This document shows positions 17,894 to 26,317 of a DNA stretch of 30,695 nucleotides, piece by piece (the first letter of the stretch is position 1; every line of letters starts with the position of its first letter). Source of the stretch: Candidatus Nanohaloarchaea archaeon. Lineage in GTDB: Archaea > Nanohalarchaeota > Nanosalinia > Nanosalinales > Nanosalinaceae. The notes beneath the pieces are model-generated. The model had not been told where the DNA came from and ran no database searches. It was given only the letters and a program-made list of their open reading frames with translations. The DNA lies in contig JBDGSJ010000038.1 of assembly GCA_042217585.1 (NCBI GenBank), positions 1-30,695 of the forward strand, read 5' to 3'. Both the position numbers and the translations under genes were made by a program.

Positions 17894-19300
17894 CACATCG
17901 GACGCGGAATCTATCCTTTCCTTGACAACGGGGATGACCTCCCCGTCAGCGCTGAACTCCACTCCGAAGAGGTCCGCGACAGTCGGCGCGAAGTCGTAGA
18001 GCGATATGTCGTGCATCCCCTCTGGAGATGTGAAGTTCTCTCCCGTGGCGGCGAAGAAACCCTTCCTCCCGTGATGGTTCAGCTTCGCCTCCGCGAACAC
18101 CTTGCCGTATACTCCCCGGGATATCTTGTGGTCTTCCCCAGTGAAGATTATATCAGGACCCCGGTCCACGTGCTCACCCGAGTATATCTCGTCGGCCCTT
18201 CTGGCCTGTACCTCTTCCGGAAGTTTCTCGAGTATCTCCTCGATCAGCTCGTTTCTCTCTTCTGCGTTTACAACGCCCTGGAACCTGTCATCGTTCACGT
18301 ATATCGCAGAGATATCAGAGCTGGGACAGAAAGCCCGGGACTCCTCCATATCTATTCCATCGCTCAGGGCCCCCGCCAGCCGGACCTTCACGTTATCAGG
18401 AATCGGGACGACTTTCTCCGTGGCGCTGTAAATCTTCTGCGCGATCCTGCGGGCAACCCGTGAAGAAGAGACAGCTTTCAGGCCGTACTCTATGAGGCTG
18501 TTGTCGACCCACTGGCTCTCCATCGTTCCGGAGACCTCAAGGAAACCTCTGTCCTTCAGCCACTGGTTCACATGGAAAACGGTGTCATACGTCTTGAAAC
18601 CGTGGTCGGACATCAGTATCAGGTTGTCAGACCTCTCCCGGACCTCCCCCAGCGCCTCGTCAATTATAGCGAACGGCCTGAAAGGCCGCTCATCACCCTC
18701 CAGCATCCGGTGATAGAGGTTGTGCATGACCCAGTCCGGCGCGGAGAAAAGCAGGAAGAAGAAATCCTGGTAGTCAAGGACCTCCTCGACCAGATCCTCT
18801 TTATCCTCCGCCACATCACTGGCTGCCTGGACGACGTTGAACGCTTTATCGGTCGCAGATATCGACTTCCTGTAACCCGAAAAATCGAACTCTTCCTCTA
18901 GGGATTCAGGCCTTACGTAGTCATCCTCTGGAGCCAGGAAGCTCCCCACGAACTGCCCACTGAACTTCGGGGGGTAGGACATCGGCAGGTTGACCATACA
19001 GACATCGTATTCCAAGGATAGCCTCTCGTAGATCGTCTCGGAATCTATATCCGCCGATGTGTATGGCCTACCTCCCTCAGTGTGCTCGACGAAATCGAAA
19101 AGCCCGGTCCTTCCCGGGTTCTCCCCGGTCATTATCGCGGTCCATGCAGGACCAGTAACCGGCGGGTAGGTGGTCTCGAGTCTAGCGGTGTACGAATCCT
19201 CCAGTATCTCCTCCATGTTGGGCATCAGACCCTTCTCCATCGCTATTCGTAGTATCTTCCAGTTGACACCGTCCAACCCTATGACCGAGAGCTTCGCCAT
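17876..19300 (-). CDS. Alkaline-phosphatase superfamily, nucleotide pyrophosphatase/phosphodiesterase type (AlkP-1)
   Basis: IGLDG, TYPPVTGPAWT..TG.NPG, DWVMH, MSDHGF, HHGRKG, DFAPT; no signal peptide. Confidence 0.92.
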   Translation of the reverse strand: MAKLSVIGLDGVNWKILRIAMEKGLMPNMEEILEDSYTARLETTYPPVTGPAWTAIMTGENPGRTGLFDFVEHTEGGRPYTSADIDSETIYERLSLEYDVCMVNLPMSYPPKFSGQFVGSFLAPEDDYVRPESLEEEFDFSGYRKSISATDKAFNVVQAASDVAEDKEDLVEEVLDYQDFFFLLFSAPDWVMHNLYHRMLEGDERPFRPFAIIDEALGEVRERSDNLILMSDHGFKTYDTVFHVNQWLKDRGFLEVSGTMESQWVDNSLIEYGLKAVSSSRVARRIAQKIYSATEKVVPIPDNVKVRLAGALSDGIDMEESRAFCPSSDISAIYVNDDRFQGVVNAEERNELIEEILEKLPEEVQARRADEIYSGEHVDRGPDIIFTGEDHKISRGVYGKVFAEAKLNHHGRKGFFAATGENFTSPEGMHDISLYDFAPTVADLFGVEFSADGEVIPVVKERIDSASDVSDIDF

Positions 19301-19334
19301 TCAGACCACGCCAAAAATGAAGGCACGCAACGTT

Positions 19335-20273
19335 TTAACCCTGCTCCGTGTAGTACTCCACGGTCTTCCTCAGCCCTTCCTCGAAGCTGTGTTCGGGCTC
19401 CCAGCCGAGTTTCTCTCTGGTCCGCGAGATGTCGGCCTTCGTCCTCTCCACGTAGTTGTCGATCGGGTTCTCCACGTGTTCGGCCTCGACATCGGTCCCC
19501 ATGATCTCGTTCAGCAGGTCCATAACCTCGTTGAACGTGGTCTCCTCTCCGGTCCCGACGTTGAAGTACTCGCCGTCGGTCTCGTCCCTGATCTCCGCGG
19601 CCTTCATGTTGGCCTGGACCACGTCCTTCACGAACGTGAAGTCACGGGTCTGGGTCCCGTCGCCGAAGATCTTCGGGCTCTCGCCCTCCTGTATCTTCCA
19701 GAGGAACTGGGAGACTATGTTCGCGAACTTGCCCTTCGCCCTCTCGTGCGGACCGTAGACGGAGAAGAAACGCAGTCCTGTGAGATGGATCTCGGAGGTC
19801 CGTGAGTAGGCCGCGGCGTAGTCCTCCCGGCTCATCTTCGAGGCGCTGTACAGGTTGACCGGTTCCTCGCCCTTGTCCTCGGCGTGTGGCGGTTCGACGC
19901 TCCCGTACATGGAGCTGGTCGAGGCGTACACTATCTTCTCGACCCCTGCCTCTTTCGCGGCCTCGATGGTGTTTATGAATCCCTCGATGTTGACCCTTGC
20001 TCCCTGGGCCGGTTCCTCTGCGTGCATGGGAGCGGAGGACCGTGCCGCGAGGTGGAAGACCCTGTCACAACCCTCTACTGCTTCCTCTACTGTTCCGGGG
20101 TCCGTGACCGTGCCCTCCACGAACTCTATCCGGTCTCTCACGTCGGCGAGGTTGTCCTCGGAGCCGAGGTACAGGTCGTCAAGCACGACCACGTCAACAC
20201 CTCTCTCGACCAGTTCCTCGACGATGTTAGATCCTATGAATCCTGCTCCTCCTGTTACAAGCGCCTTTTCCAT
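19335..20273 (-). CDS. NAD-dependent NDP-sugar epimerase/dehydratase
   Basis: TGGAGFIGS, HLAA, STSSMYG, YSASK, RFFSVYGP, GDGTQTRDFTFV. Confidence 0.93.
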   Translation of the reverse strand: MEKALVTGGAGFIGSNIVEELVERGVDVVVLDDLYLGSEDNLADVRDRIEFVEGTVTDPGTVEEAVEGCDRVFHLAARSSAPMHAEEPAQGARVNIEGFINTIEAAKEAGVEKIVYASTSSMYGSVEPPHAEDKGEEPVNLYSASKMSREDYAAAYSRTSEIHLTGLRFFSVYGPHERAKGKFANIVSQFLWKIQEGESPKIFGDGTQTRDFTFVKDVVQANMKAAEIRDETDGEYFNVGTGEETTFNEVMDLLNEIMGTDVEAEHVENPIDNYVERTKADISRTREKLGWEPEHSFEEGLRKTVEYYTEQG

Positions 20274-20286
20274 AGTACCACTCGTG

Positions 20287-20301
20287 TATTACTTCGTAAT
20301 A
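20287..20301. promoter_or_regulatory. Palindrome TATTAC-TTC-GTAATA, candidate operator
   Basis: Perfect 6-bp inverted repeat between the AT-rich box and the start codon (20273) of the epimerase. Confidence 0.4.
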
Positions 20302-20305
20302 TTTT

Positions 20306-21058
20306 TTACTCTTCCCCGACGTCGGTCCACTCCCCGCCGTAGATGTACCCCGAGAGCTCCGACCTCCCGGATATATCGGCGAAGACTTCCTCCAGGCTGT
20401 CATGGCCCAGGTGCGAGAATATCTCTGGCTCGAAGATGTATGTGCCTGCGTTTATCAGTCGCGAGGGCTCATCACCGGGCTCCGGCTTCTCCTCGAAACC
20501 AAGGATGGTCCTCCCCTTCAGCCTGGCGACACCGTACCTTGCCGGCGATTCGACCGTTGTCAGCGCCATCGTCGCGATGGAGTCCTCCTCACGGTGGACC
20601 TCGGTCATCTCCTGGAGGTCCACGTCGGTTATCACGTGGCCGTTCAGCGCCGCGAATGTGGACCTGACCTTGTTCTGGACCTTCTGGAGCGCGGCAGCGG
20701 TCCCCTGCGGGTCCTCCTCCTCGACGTACTCTATTGCCATTCCGTCGTGGTCAGACCCGAACTGTGACTCTATCTCCTCCCTGTTCTGACCGACCAGAAG
20801 TATGACCCGTGATATGCCCTCTGAGCCGAGGTGGTCCAGTATATGTCCGAGGACTGGTTTACCCTCGTAGAGGTCCAGAGTCTTCGCCTCGGGATCGCCG
20901 CAGAAGACCAGCGCGGTATCGATACCTCTGCCACGGAAATACGACTGTATCATCTCCTCTACCATCTGCGACCTGTTGACATCCTCCTTCTCGGCCTCGG
21001 AATCGACCTTCTCGACCATCTCCTCCTCGAGAGTGAGCGAAACCCTCTTCTTTGCCAT
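20306..21058 (-). CDS. Ribbon-helix-helix domain fused to a degenerate sugar-phosphate nucleotidyltransferase domain
   Basis: KKRVSLTL...VD..A....NRSQMVEEMI (RHH); then GKPVL.H, E..PQGTAAAL, NGHV, YGV, FEEKP, INAGTYIF, WTDVG. Confidence 0.88.
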   Translation of the reverse strand: MAKKRVSLTLEEEMVEKVDSEAEKEDVNRSQMVEEMIQSYFRGRGIDTALVFCGDPEAKTLDLYEGKPVLGHILDHLGSEGISRVILLVGQNREEIESQFGSDHDGMAIEYVEEEDPQGTAAALQKVQNKVRSTFAALNGHVITDVDLQEMTEVHREEDSIATMALTTVESPARYGVARLKGRTILGFEEKPEPGDEPSRLINAGTYIFEPEIFSHLGHDSLEEVFADISGRSELSGYIYGGEWTDVGEE

Positions 21059-21080
21059 AATATAATATAACAATCCCTCC

Positions 21081-21106
21081 TCACACTTTAATTATCACGG
21101 GTGTGA
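21081..21106. promoter_or_regulatory. Divergent promoter with TCACAC-N14-GTGTGA inverted repeat around an AT-rich core
   Basis: tcacac tttaattatcacgg gtgtga in the 52-bp gap between the RHH fusion and the second epimerase. Confidence 0.45.
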
Positions 21107-21110
21107 AACA

Positions 21111-22007
21111 GTGAGGACCGCAGTCACCGGAGGCGCAGGATTCATCGGCTCAAACCTGGTAGAGAGACTCCTCGAGGACCACGAGGTACTCGTGGTGGAC
21201 AACTTCTCCTCTGGCAGAAGGGAAAACCTGCCGGGCGACGCAGAGATCCTGGAGAAGGACGTAAAGGAGCTTGAGGGACGGGACCTGGAAGGCGTCGACG
21301 CGGTCTTCCACCTCGCCGCCAACCCCAAAGTCAACACCTTCCCCGGGAACCGGGAGAAGGACTTCAGCGAGAACCTGGAGGGAACCAAGGCGGTCCTCGA
21401 CGCCTGCGTGGACTCAGAGGTTGATGATTTCGTCTTCACGTCCTCGTCGGTCGTCTACGGCGAGGAAGCCGAGATACCTACCCCTGAGGACCACGTCCTT
21501 GACCCTATATCGATGTACGGGGCGACGAAGGCCGGCGGGGAGCACATGTGCGAGGTCTACTCCCACACGTTCGACATTGATCTCTCCATCGTCAGGCTGG
21601 CGAACATACTTGGACCGAGGAACCAGAAAGGAGTGGTCTACGACTTCATCATGAAGCTGAGAGAGGACCCGGAGGAGCTGGAGATACTCGGTAACGGAAA
21701 GCAGAGGAAGAGCTATCTCCACGTCGAAGACACAGTAAGAGGGATGGTACAGGCCTGGAAGTCGGGAGGTACATACAACATCGGCAGCGAGGACTCCATC
21801 TCGGTCGACGGGATAGCTGAGATAGTCGCGGACGAGATGGACCTCGACCCCGAGTTCAGCTACACCGGCGGCGAGAAAGGATGGACCGGAGACGTCCCCG
21901 AGATGAGGCTGGATATCGAGAAACTGAAATCGGAGGGATGGAGACCGGAGAGGAACTCGGCGGAGTCCGTCAGGAAGACGGTCCGTCAGCTCCTGAATCG
22001 TATTTGA
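21111..22007 (+). CDS. NAD-dependent epimerase (UDP-hexose 4-epimerase-like)
   Basis: TGGAGFIGS, HLAANP, SSSVVYG, YGATK, RLANILGP, GNGKQRKSYLHV, GW.GDVP; GTG start. Confidence 0.93.
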   Translation: MRTAVTGGAGFIGSNLVERLLEDHEVLVVDNFSSGRRENLPGDAEILEKDVKELEGRDLEGVDAVFHLAANPKVNTFPGNREKDFSENLEGTKAVLDACVDSEVDDFVFTSSSVVYGEEAEIPTPEDHVLDPISMYGATKAGGEHMCEVYSHTFDIDLSIVRLANILGPRNQKGVVYDFIMKLREDPEELEILGNGKQRKSYLHVEDTVRGMVQAWKSGGTYNIGSEDSISVDGIAEIVADEMDLDPEFSYTGGEKGWTGDVPEMRLDIEKLKSEGWRPERNSAESVRKTVRQLLNRI

Positions 22008-22970
22008 TCAGAGGTCCAGACCCGCCTCAAGGTTCTTGCACCGGCCGGAGTAAGTCCTACCTCCGGCGGTCACGTTGACGCTGTTGGTCCCGTCGACCAT
22101 GTGTTCCGTGTAGTTGAAGGTCCTCAGCTCTCCTGATTCTATCGTGGATGACTCAGCGCCGTCATTGACCGTTATGTTCAGAGGCCCCGAGTAGTCGGCC
22201 GAGTATATGTCCACCTTCAGTCCGTCCTTGCACCTGAGACCGACGACAAGGTCCCGGGGTATCTTGACACGGCTCTCAGAGACCTCAGGGCTGTAATCCG
22301 TCGCCTCGAAGGCCAGGCGGATGTCAGTGGTCCTCCCGAGACCGGATCTCATAGTCATGTTGACGGCCATCCTCGCCATGTAACCTTTCTCCATATCCAC
22401 ACACATCCCTGCGTGAGAAGGTCCCTCCACCGCTGAAACGTTTATCACCTCCTCCGGTATCGTGACATCGAACTGCATGCATTCCCGGCCCGCGATAGTC
22501 TTGATATGTCCTGCCGAGACGTTTATCTTCTCCAGCTGGTCCCTGTAGGAGCTGGAAGGGCCTGTGGCCATCAGCTGTGAGGTCTGAGAATACTTCACGG
22601 AACACTTCAGTCCTGAGCCCGATGTGAGAGAGGTAATTTTCTGGCACTGGATCGACGCGTTCCCTCCTTTGATGGGGTAATCGGAGGTCACCACGGCGGA
22701 CCCGAGGACCGATATCGTTACCCTGCTCTTCAGGTCGCCCCTGTAGCTGTAGAGGTGGACATCAGCGCTGTTAAGCACCCCCGACATCATGTTCGACCCT
22801 CCTGTCTCGAAGGTCACGTTGTACTCCACATGATACGTCGCGTTGCGGCTCCTCGAGACGAGTTCCGAGTATTTCTCCTCCGGCGTCATACCGCTGAGCG
22901 GCGGACTGGAGTGCATGCATCCGGAAGCGACAATCACCAGGGTGAAAAGGGTTAGGACCCGGCTCTCCAT
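22008..22970 (-). CDS. Putative lipoprotein / surface glycoprotein
   Basis: MESRVLTLFTLVIVASGC lipobox; several Cys; nine N-X-S/T sequons; TTTTAAAC box about 25 nt upstream of ATG 22970. Confidence 0.8.
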   Translation of the reverse strand: MESRVLTLFTLVIVASGCMHSSPPLSGMTPEEKYSELVSRSRNATYHVEYNVTFETGGSNMMSGVLNSADVHLYSYRGDLKSRVTISVLGSAVVTSDYPIKGGNASIQCQKITSLTSGSGLKCSVKYSQTSQLMATGPSSSYRDQLEKINVSAGHIKTIAGRECMQFDVTIPEEVINVSAVEGPSHAGMCVDMEKGYMARMAVNMTMRSGLGRTTDIRLAFEATDYSPEVSESRVKIPRDLVVGLRCKDGLKVDIYSADYSGPLNITVNDGAESSTIESGELRTFNYTEHMVDGTNSVNVTAGGRTYSGRCKNLEAGLDL

Positions 22971-23002
22971 GACTGGAACTGGGAACCTATCGTTTAAAAC
23001 TG

Positions 23003-23434
23003 TCATTCATCCGTGCTGAACCGCTCCTTCAGCCTCCAGAAAAGCACTCCATAGGCCGCTGAGGACAGCAGGAAGGTCCCGATGTAGACAGTTTCAAGGC
23101 CCAGCGCCAGGACCACTGCCACGAAGAAAAGCCACATCCCGCCTGCGGTCGCGGCACTTCTCTCCAGGCGGTCCTCCCCCGGCAAGCGATCTCCGGCCCT
23201 GTGATAGACGAAACCCGCCAGGGCTCCAAGGACCACCCAGACCGGTGCGGAGAGACCCAGGGCCGCGAAGCTGTACCTCGCCACCATCCCCAGAGACATC
23301 TCCGGCAAAGGTGCGAGGACCTCAAAACCGGTCGTAGACGCAAGGACCTTCAGCACCACGGAGTAAGCGGCCTCCACGAGGGCCGTCCCCAGTCCTGCGA
23401 CCGCCCCGGTCCTGACATCCTTCGGGAACTTCAT
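23003..23434 (-). CDS. Hypothetical 4-TM membrane protein
   Basis: Four hydrophobic helices; TTTTAT box about 26 nt upstream (ATG 23440 is an alternative start). Confidence 0.75.
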   Translation of the reverse strand: MKFPKDVRTGAVAGLGTALVEAAYSVVLKVLASTTGFEVLAPLPEMSLGMVARYSFAALGLSAPVWVVLGALAGFVYHRAGDRLPGEDRLERSAATAGGMWLFFVAVVLALGLETVYIGTFLLSSAAYGVLFWRLKERFSTDE

Positions 23435-23473
23435 GGTCATTGATTCGGTCTGCCCGGATAAAAGCCCAGTGGT

Positions 23474-24091
23474 TCAGCTGTAGCCGAGGTCCCTGAGCTT
23501 GTCCTTGATGTCCTCCTCGCGGGACTCCTCCCCGGAGACCCACGACGGTTCCCCACTGCCGTCTTCCTCCCTTGGGGCTCTACCCTTCCAGTAACCGGGC
23601 CATACCGGGAGATCCGCGGGCTCAATGTCCTCAGGAAGCTCCTCATGGGACTCGGGAATCTCATCCAGCTCGACGGACAGGTCCGCCACCAGGCCCTCCC
23701 AAGTCAGCTCCCACGCCTCCTCATCGGTGAACGGGAGCAGGGGATGGATCCGGTCATCTGACACGTAGCTTGAGGCTTCGCGGCTCCCCACGACTTTCAG
23801 GTCTCCGGTACCGGACCTGCTGAAACCGAGCCGGTCCGCCACTCTTTTCACGAACTCCTCCACCTCTTCGGGGACCGATGGGACAGTGAATCCCGGCTTA
23901 TCGAACCCTTCCTCCTCACATACCCCGGCGAGCATCCACGCCGCGAGGACTGAGTCCCTGGAGCCGTCTATCTCCACTGAGAGACTGCCCGAATCTTCCA
24001 GGGCCTCCACGAGGAGCTGTTCTCCGGCTCTCTTCTTGGCTTTTAGCGGTGCTTTCTCCACTTTTTCGACTTCTACCGGCGGCTCTACCAT
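23474..24091 (-). CDS. Degenerate CysD/PAPS-reductase-family (PP-loop) protein
   Basis: VEIDGSRDSVL (decayed SGGKDS), RIHPLLPFTDEEAW, C-terminal PSW...EDIKDKLRDLGYS resembling CysD-type tails; only 205 aa. Confidence 0.65.
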   Translation of the reverse strand: MVEPPVEVEKVEKAPLKAKKRAGEQLLVEALEDSGSLSVEIDGSRDSVLAAWMLAGVCEEEGFDKPGFTVPSVPEEVEEFVKRVADRLGFSRSGTGDLKVVGSREASSYVSDDRIHPLLPFTDEEAWELTWEGLVADLSVELDEIPESHEELPEDIEPADLPVWPGYWKGRAPREEDGSGEPSWVSGEESREEDIKDKLRDLGYS

Positions 24092-24100
24092 AGTATCATC

Positions 24101-25534
24101 TCAGAAATCTATACCGTCTATCTCGGTCCTGGTTTCAGACGATTTGCCGGGCACGAGGTCCTCAGGGAGATCTCCGTCGATGTCCCGCGGCACCTTCTCA
24201 TCCAGCAGCGCGTATACCAGAGGGGCGACGTCCGCTATCTCAAGCTCCCCGTCCGCCTCCTCCTCTATATCCGGTCCCTTCGCGAAGAAGACCCCGTCCT
24301 CCCTGTGCGTGTAGGTGTTCGTCTTCGAAAACTTCCTGGAGGCGGGCGCGGTCTCCACTATGAAGTCGTCGGTGGTCCTGAAAGCTATCTCCGGTCCTCC
24401 TTCGCCGTAGAGCTCCTTGCCGCGCCAAACCTGGTCGACAACTTTCTCCCCGTCTTTCTCCAGGCTCTCCAGCTCTTCCTCCAGTTCGTCGATTATCTCA
24501 TGTTTTCTCTCCTCGGTTACGTGGCCGTGTGGCATATCTTCCGTATGTATCTTGAGGACGCAGTCCTTCCCCAGCCCGAAATGCTTCGGGAGGACCTCTG
24601 AACTCTTCTTCACGTCCTCGAGCACGTTGTCGCTCTTCCCGGACAGGTTCCTGCCCGTCAGGTCCTTGTAGTAGCTGTGAGCTATCTTCATGTACTTCTT
24701 CAGCGGCGTGTCCAGCAGTGGCTCTGCGATCCGGTACAGAAGGGATTCGCCGCCGCCCTCCTCGACCTCCTGGAGCCCCAGCTCCTGGAGGAACGCAGAG
24801 ATGTTGAACATTGTGTCGGAGTGGAAGAAGCCGTGGTCCGATACCACTATAAGGTTCGCGTCGTCCTCCTCCGCTCTTTCAAGCGCTTTCCGGACCTCTC
24901 CGTCCGCTTTCACGTACGAGTCGATGACGTGTTCGTCCTTCTCCGCGAAGTGGGAGACCTGGTCCGTCATCCGGATCACGGACACCCATACCTCCGGGTT
25001 TTTCTCGTAGAACCGGTCCGCGATCTCCCGCTCGACCTCGAAGTTGTGGTACTCGGCCTGTATCTTGCCCTTCGCGGTCTTCCTCTGGTGCGCGTCGATC
25101 CTCTCCAGGTCCCGGAACTCCTCCCCGAGGTCCTCCGGGCTGAAGTCGAAGTCGTGCGGCGAGGGGAAACCTCCCCTCATCACGCCGTTGACCGGATAGG
25201 CAGGCGTGGTCCCGGGGACGTAGTGGAGCGCGACCTCTTTCTCCATGTTGTCCCAGAAGAACCTTCCCTGGAACCGGGAGGAGTCCGGGAAGCTCGGCTC
25301 CCATTCGTCGAAGTCTGCCTCCGAGAGGTGGTAGGCGTCCAGCTTTCCCGGTCCGTAGCCGGAGAACATCGTTATCCACGCAGGTATCGTGACCGCGGGG
25401 ACCGTGCTGGGAAGCCTGGTGTAGAACGCCTCATCCATCAGTCTCTCCCATCCCGGGACCTCCCGCTCCTCTATCGCTCTCTCCAGGTATTCGGGCGCGA
25501 CGCCGTCGACCCCCAGCACGATCAGTTCGGTCAT
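24101..25534 (-). CDS. Alkaline-phosphatase superfamily, NPP type (AlkP-2)
   Basis: LGVDG, STVPAVTIPAW..M.SG, DQVSH, VSDHGF, THREDG, DVAP. Confidence 0.92.
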   Translation of the reverse strand: MTELIVLGVDGVAPEYLERAIEEREVPGWERLMDEAFYTRLPSTVPAVTIPAWITMFSGYGPGKLDAYHLSEADFDEWEPSFPDSSRFQGRFFWDNMEKEVALHYVPGTTPAYPVNGVMRGGFPSPHDFDFSPEDLGEEFRDLERIDAHQRKTAKGKIQAEYHNFEVEREIADRFYEKNPEVWVSVIRMTDQVSHFAEKDEHVIDSYVKADGEVRKALERAEEDDANLIVVSDHGFFHSDTMFNISAFLQELGLQEVEEGGGESLLYRIAEPLLDTPLKKYMKIAHSYYKDLTGRNLSGKSDNVLEDVKKSSEVLPKHFGLGKDCVLKIHTEDMPHGHVTEERKHEIIDELEEELESLEKDGEKVVDQVWRGKELYGEGGPEIAFRTTDDFIVETAPASRKFSKTNTYTHREDGVFFAKGPDIEEEADGELEIADVAPLVYALLDEKVPRDIDGDLPEDLVPGKSSETRTEIDGIDF

Positions 25535-26310
25535 CTCTCCTCCCCGTAATACTCCAGCACGTACTTCCCGACGTCCTCCGGGTCGTCGATCTCGCGGTCC
25601 ACGTTCTTCGTCATCAGGACCGCGTCCTCGTGGTGGTCGCCCTTCAGCTTTCCGGCAGGGCTCTCCTCGGGCAGCGTCTGGACCCGTCCCTCGCCGAACT
25701 CGGCGAAACCGTGGTCGCTGAGCACGATAAGCGGCTCGTCGGAGTCGAAGTCGTAGTACTCCAGCAGGTCGCCGAGGACATCGTCCATCTTCCTGTACCA
25801 GTCCAGTATCAGGTCCTGGTCGTCCCAGTAGAAGTGGGAGACCTTGTCCAGCTGCATTAACACCACCGCGAAGAAGTCGGGATCGGTTTCGAGTACTTCG
25901 ATGCTTTTCTCCCTCAGCTTCTCCATGTCCTCGTCAAGCTCGTCGAGGTCCGAGGTGACGCCGTAGCCCACCGGTTCGTACTCCACGTTGTGGTTGAGCT
26001 GCGGGTAGACCGCGGGGACCTGGAGCACCTTCTGGTCCACCTCCGAGTCGTCGATCCGCTCCCAGACGAACTCCGCGTCGATGTCCTCACGTTTCTGGAG
26101 CTCGTCGTCCACTATGAAGTCGGTGTGGCCGTGCTCCTCCTGCGAGAGCCCGGTGAAGATGGAGGTCCAGACCGGGGCGCTCTTCGGCTTCTCGTCCACC
26201 GTGAGCGTCTTGGTCTCGCACTCCTCCATCAGCCGGTCGAAGTTGGGGAGCTGGTCCCTGTGCGGCTCTATCACGTCCCATGTCGCGGCGTCCACGCCTA
26301 TTACCATCAT
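25531..26310 (-). CDS. Short alkaline-phosphatase superfamily protein (AlkP-3, 259 aa)
   Basis: IGVDA, KSAPVWTSIFTG, DKVSH, LSDHGF, GDHH; core-only length. Confidence 0.9.
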   Translation of the reverse strand: MMVIGVDAATWDVIEPHRDQLPNFDRLMEECETKTLTVDEKPKSAPVWTSIFTGLSQEEHGHTDFIVDDELQKREDIDAEFVWERIDDSEVDQKVLQVPAVYPQLNHNVEYEPVGYGVTSDLDELDEDMEKLREKSIEVLETDPDFFAVVLMQLDKVSHFYWDDQDLILDWYRKMDDVLGDLLEYYDFDSDEPLIVLSDHGFAEFGEGRVQTLPEESPAGKLKGDHHEDAVLMTKNVDREIDDPEDVGKYVLEYYGEER

Positions 26311-26317
26311 CCGCGGA

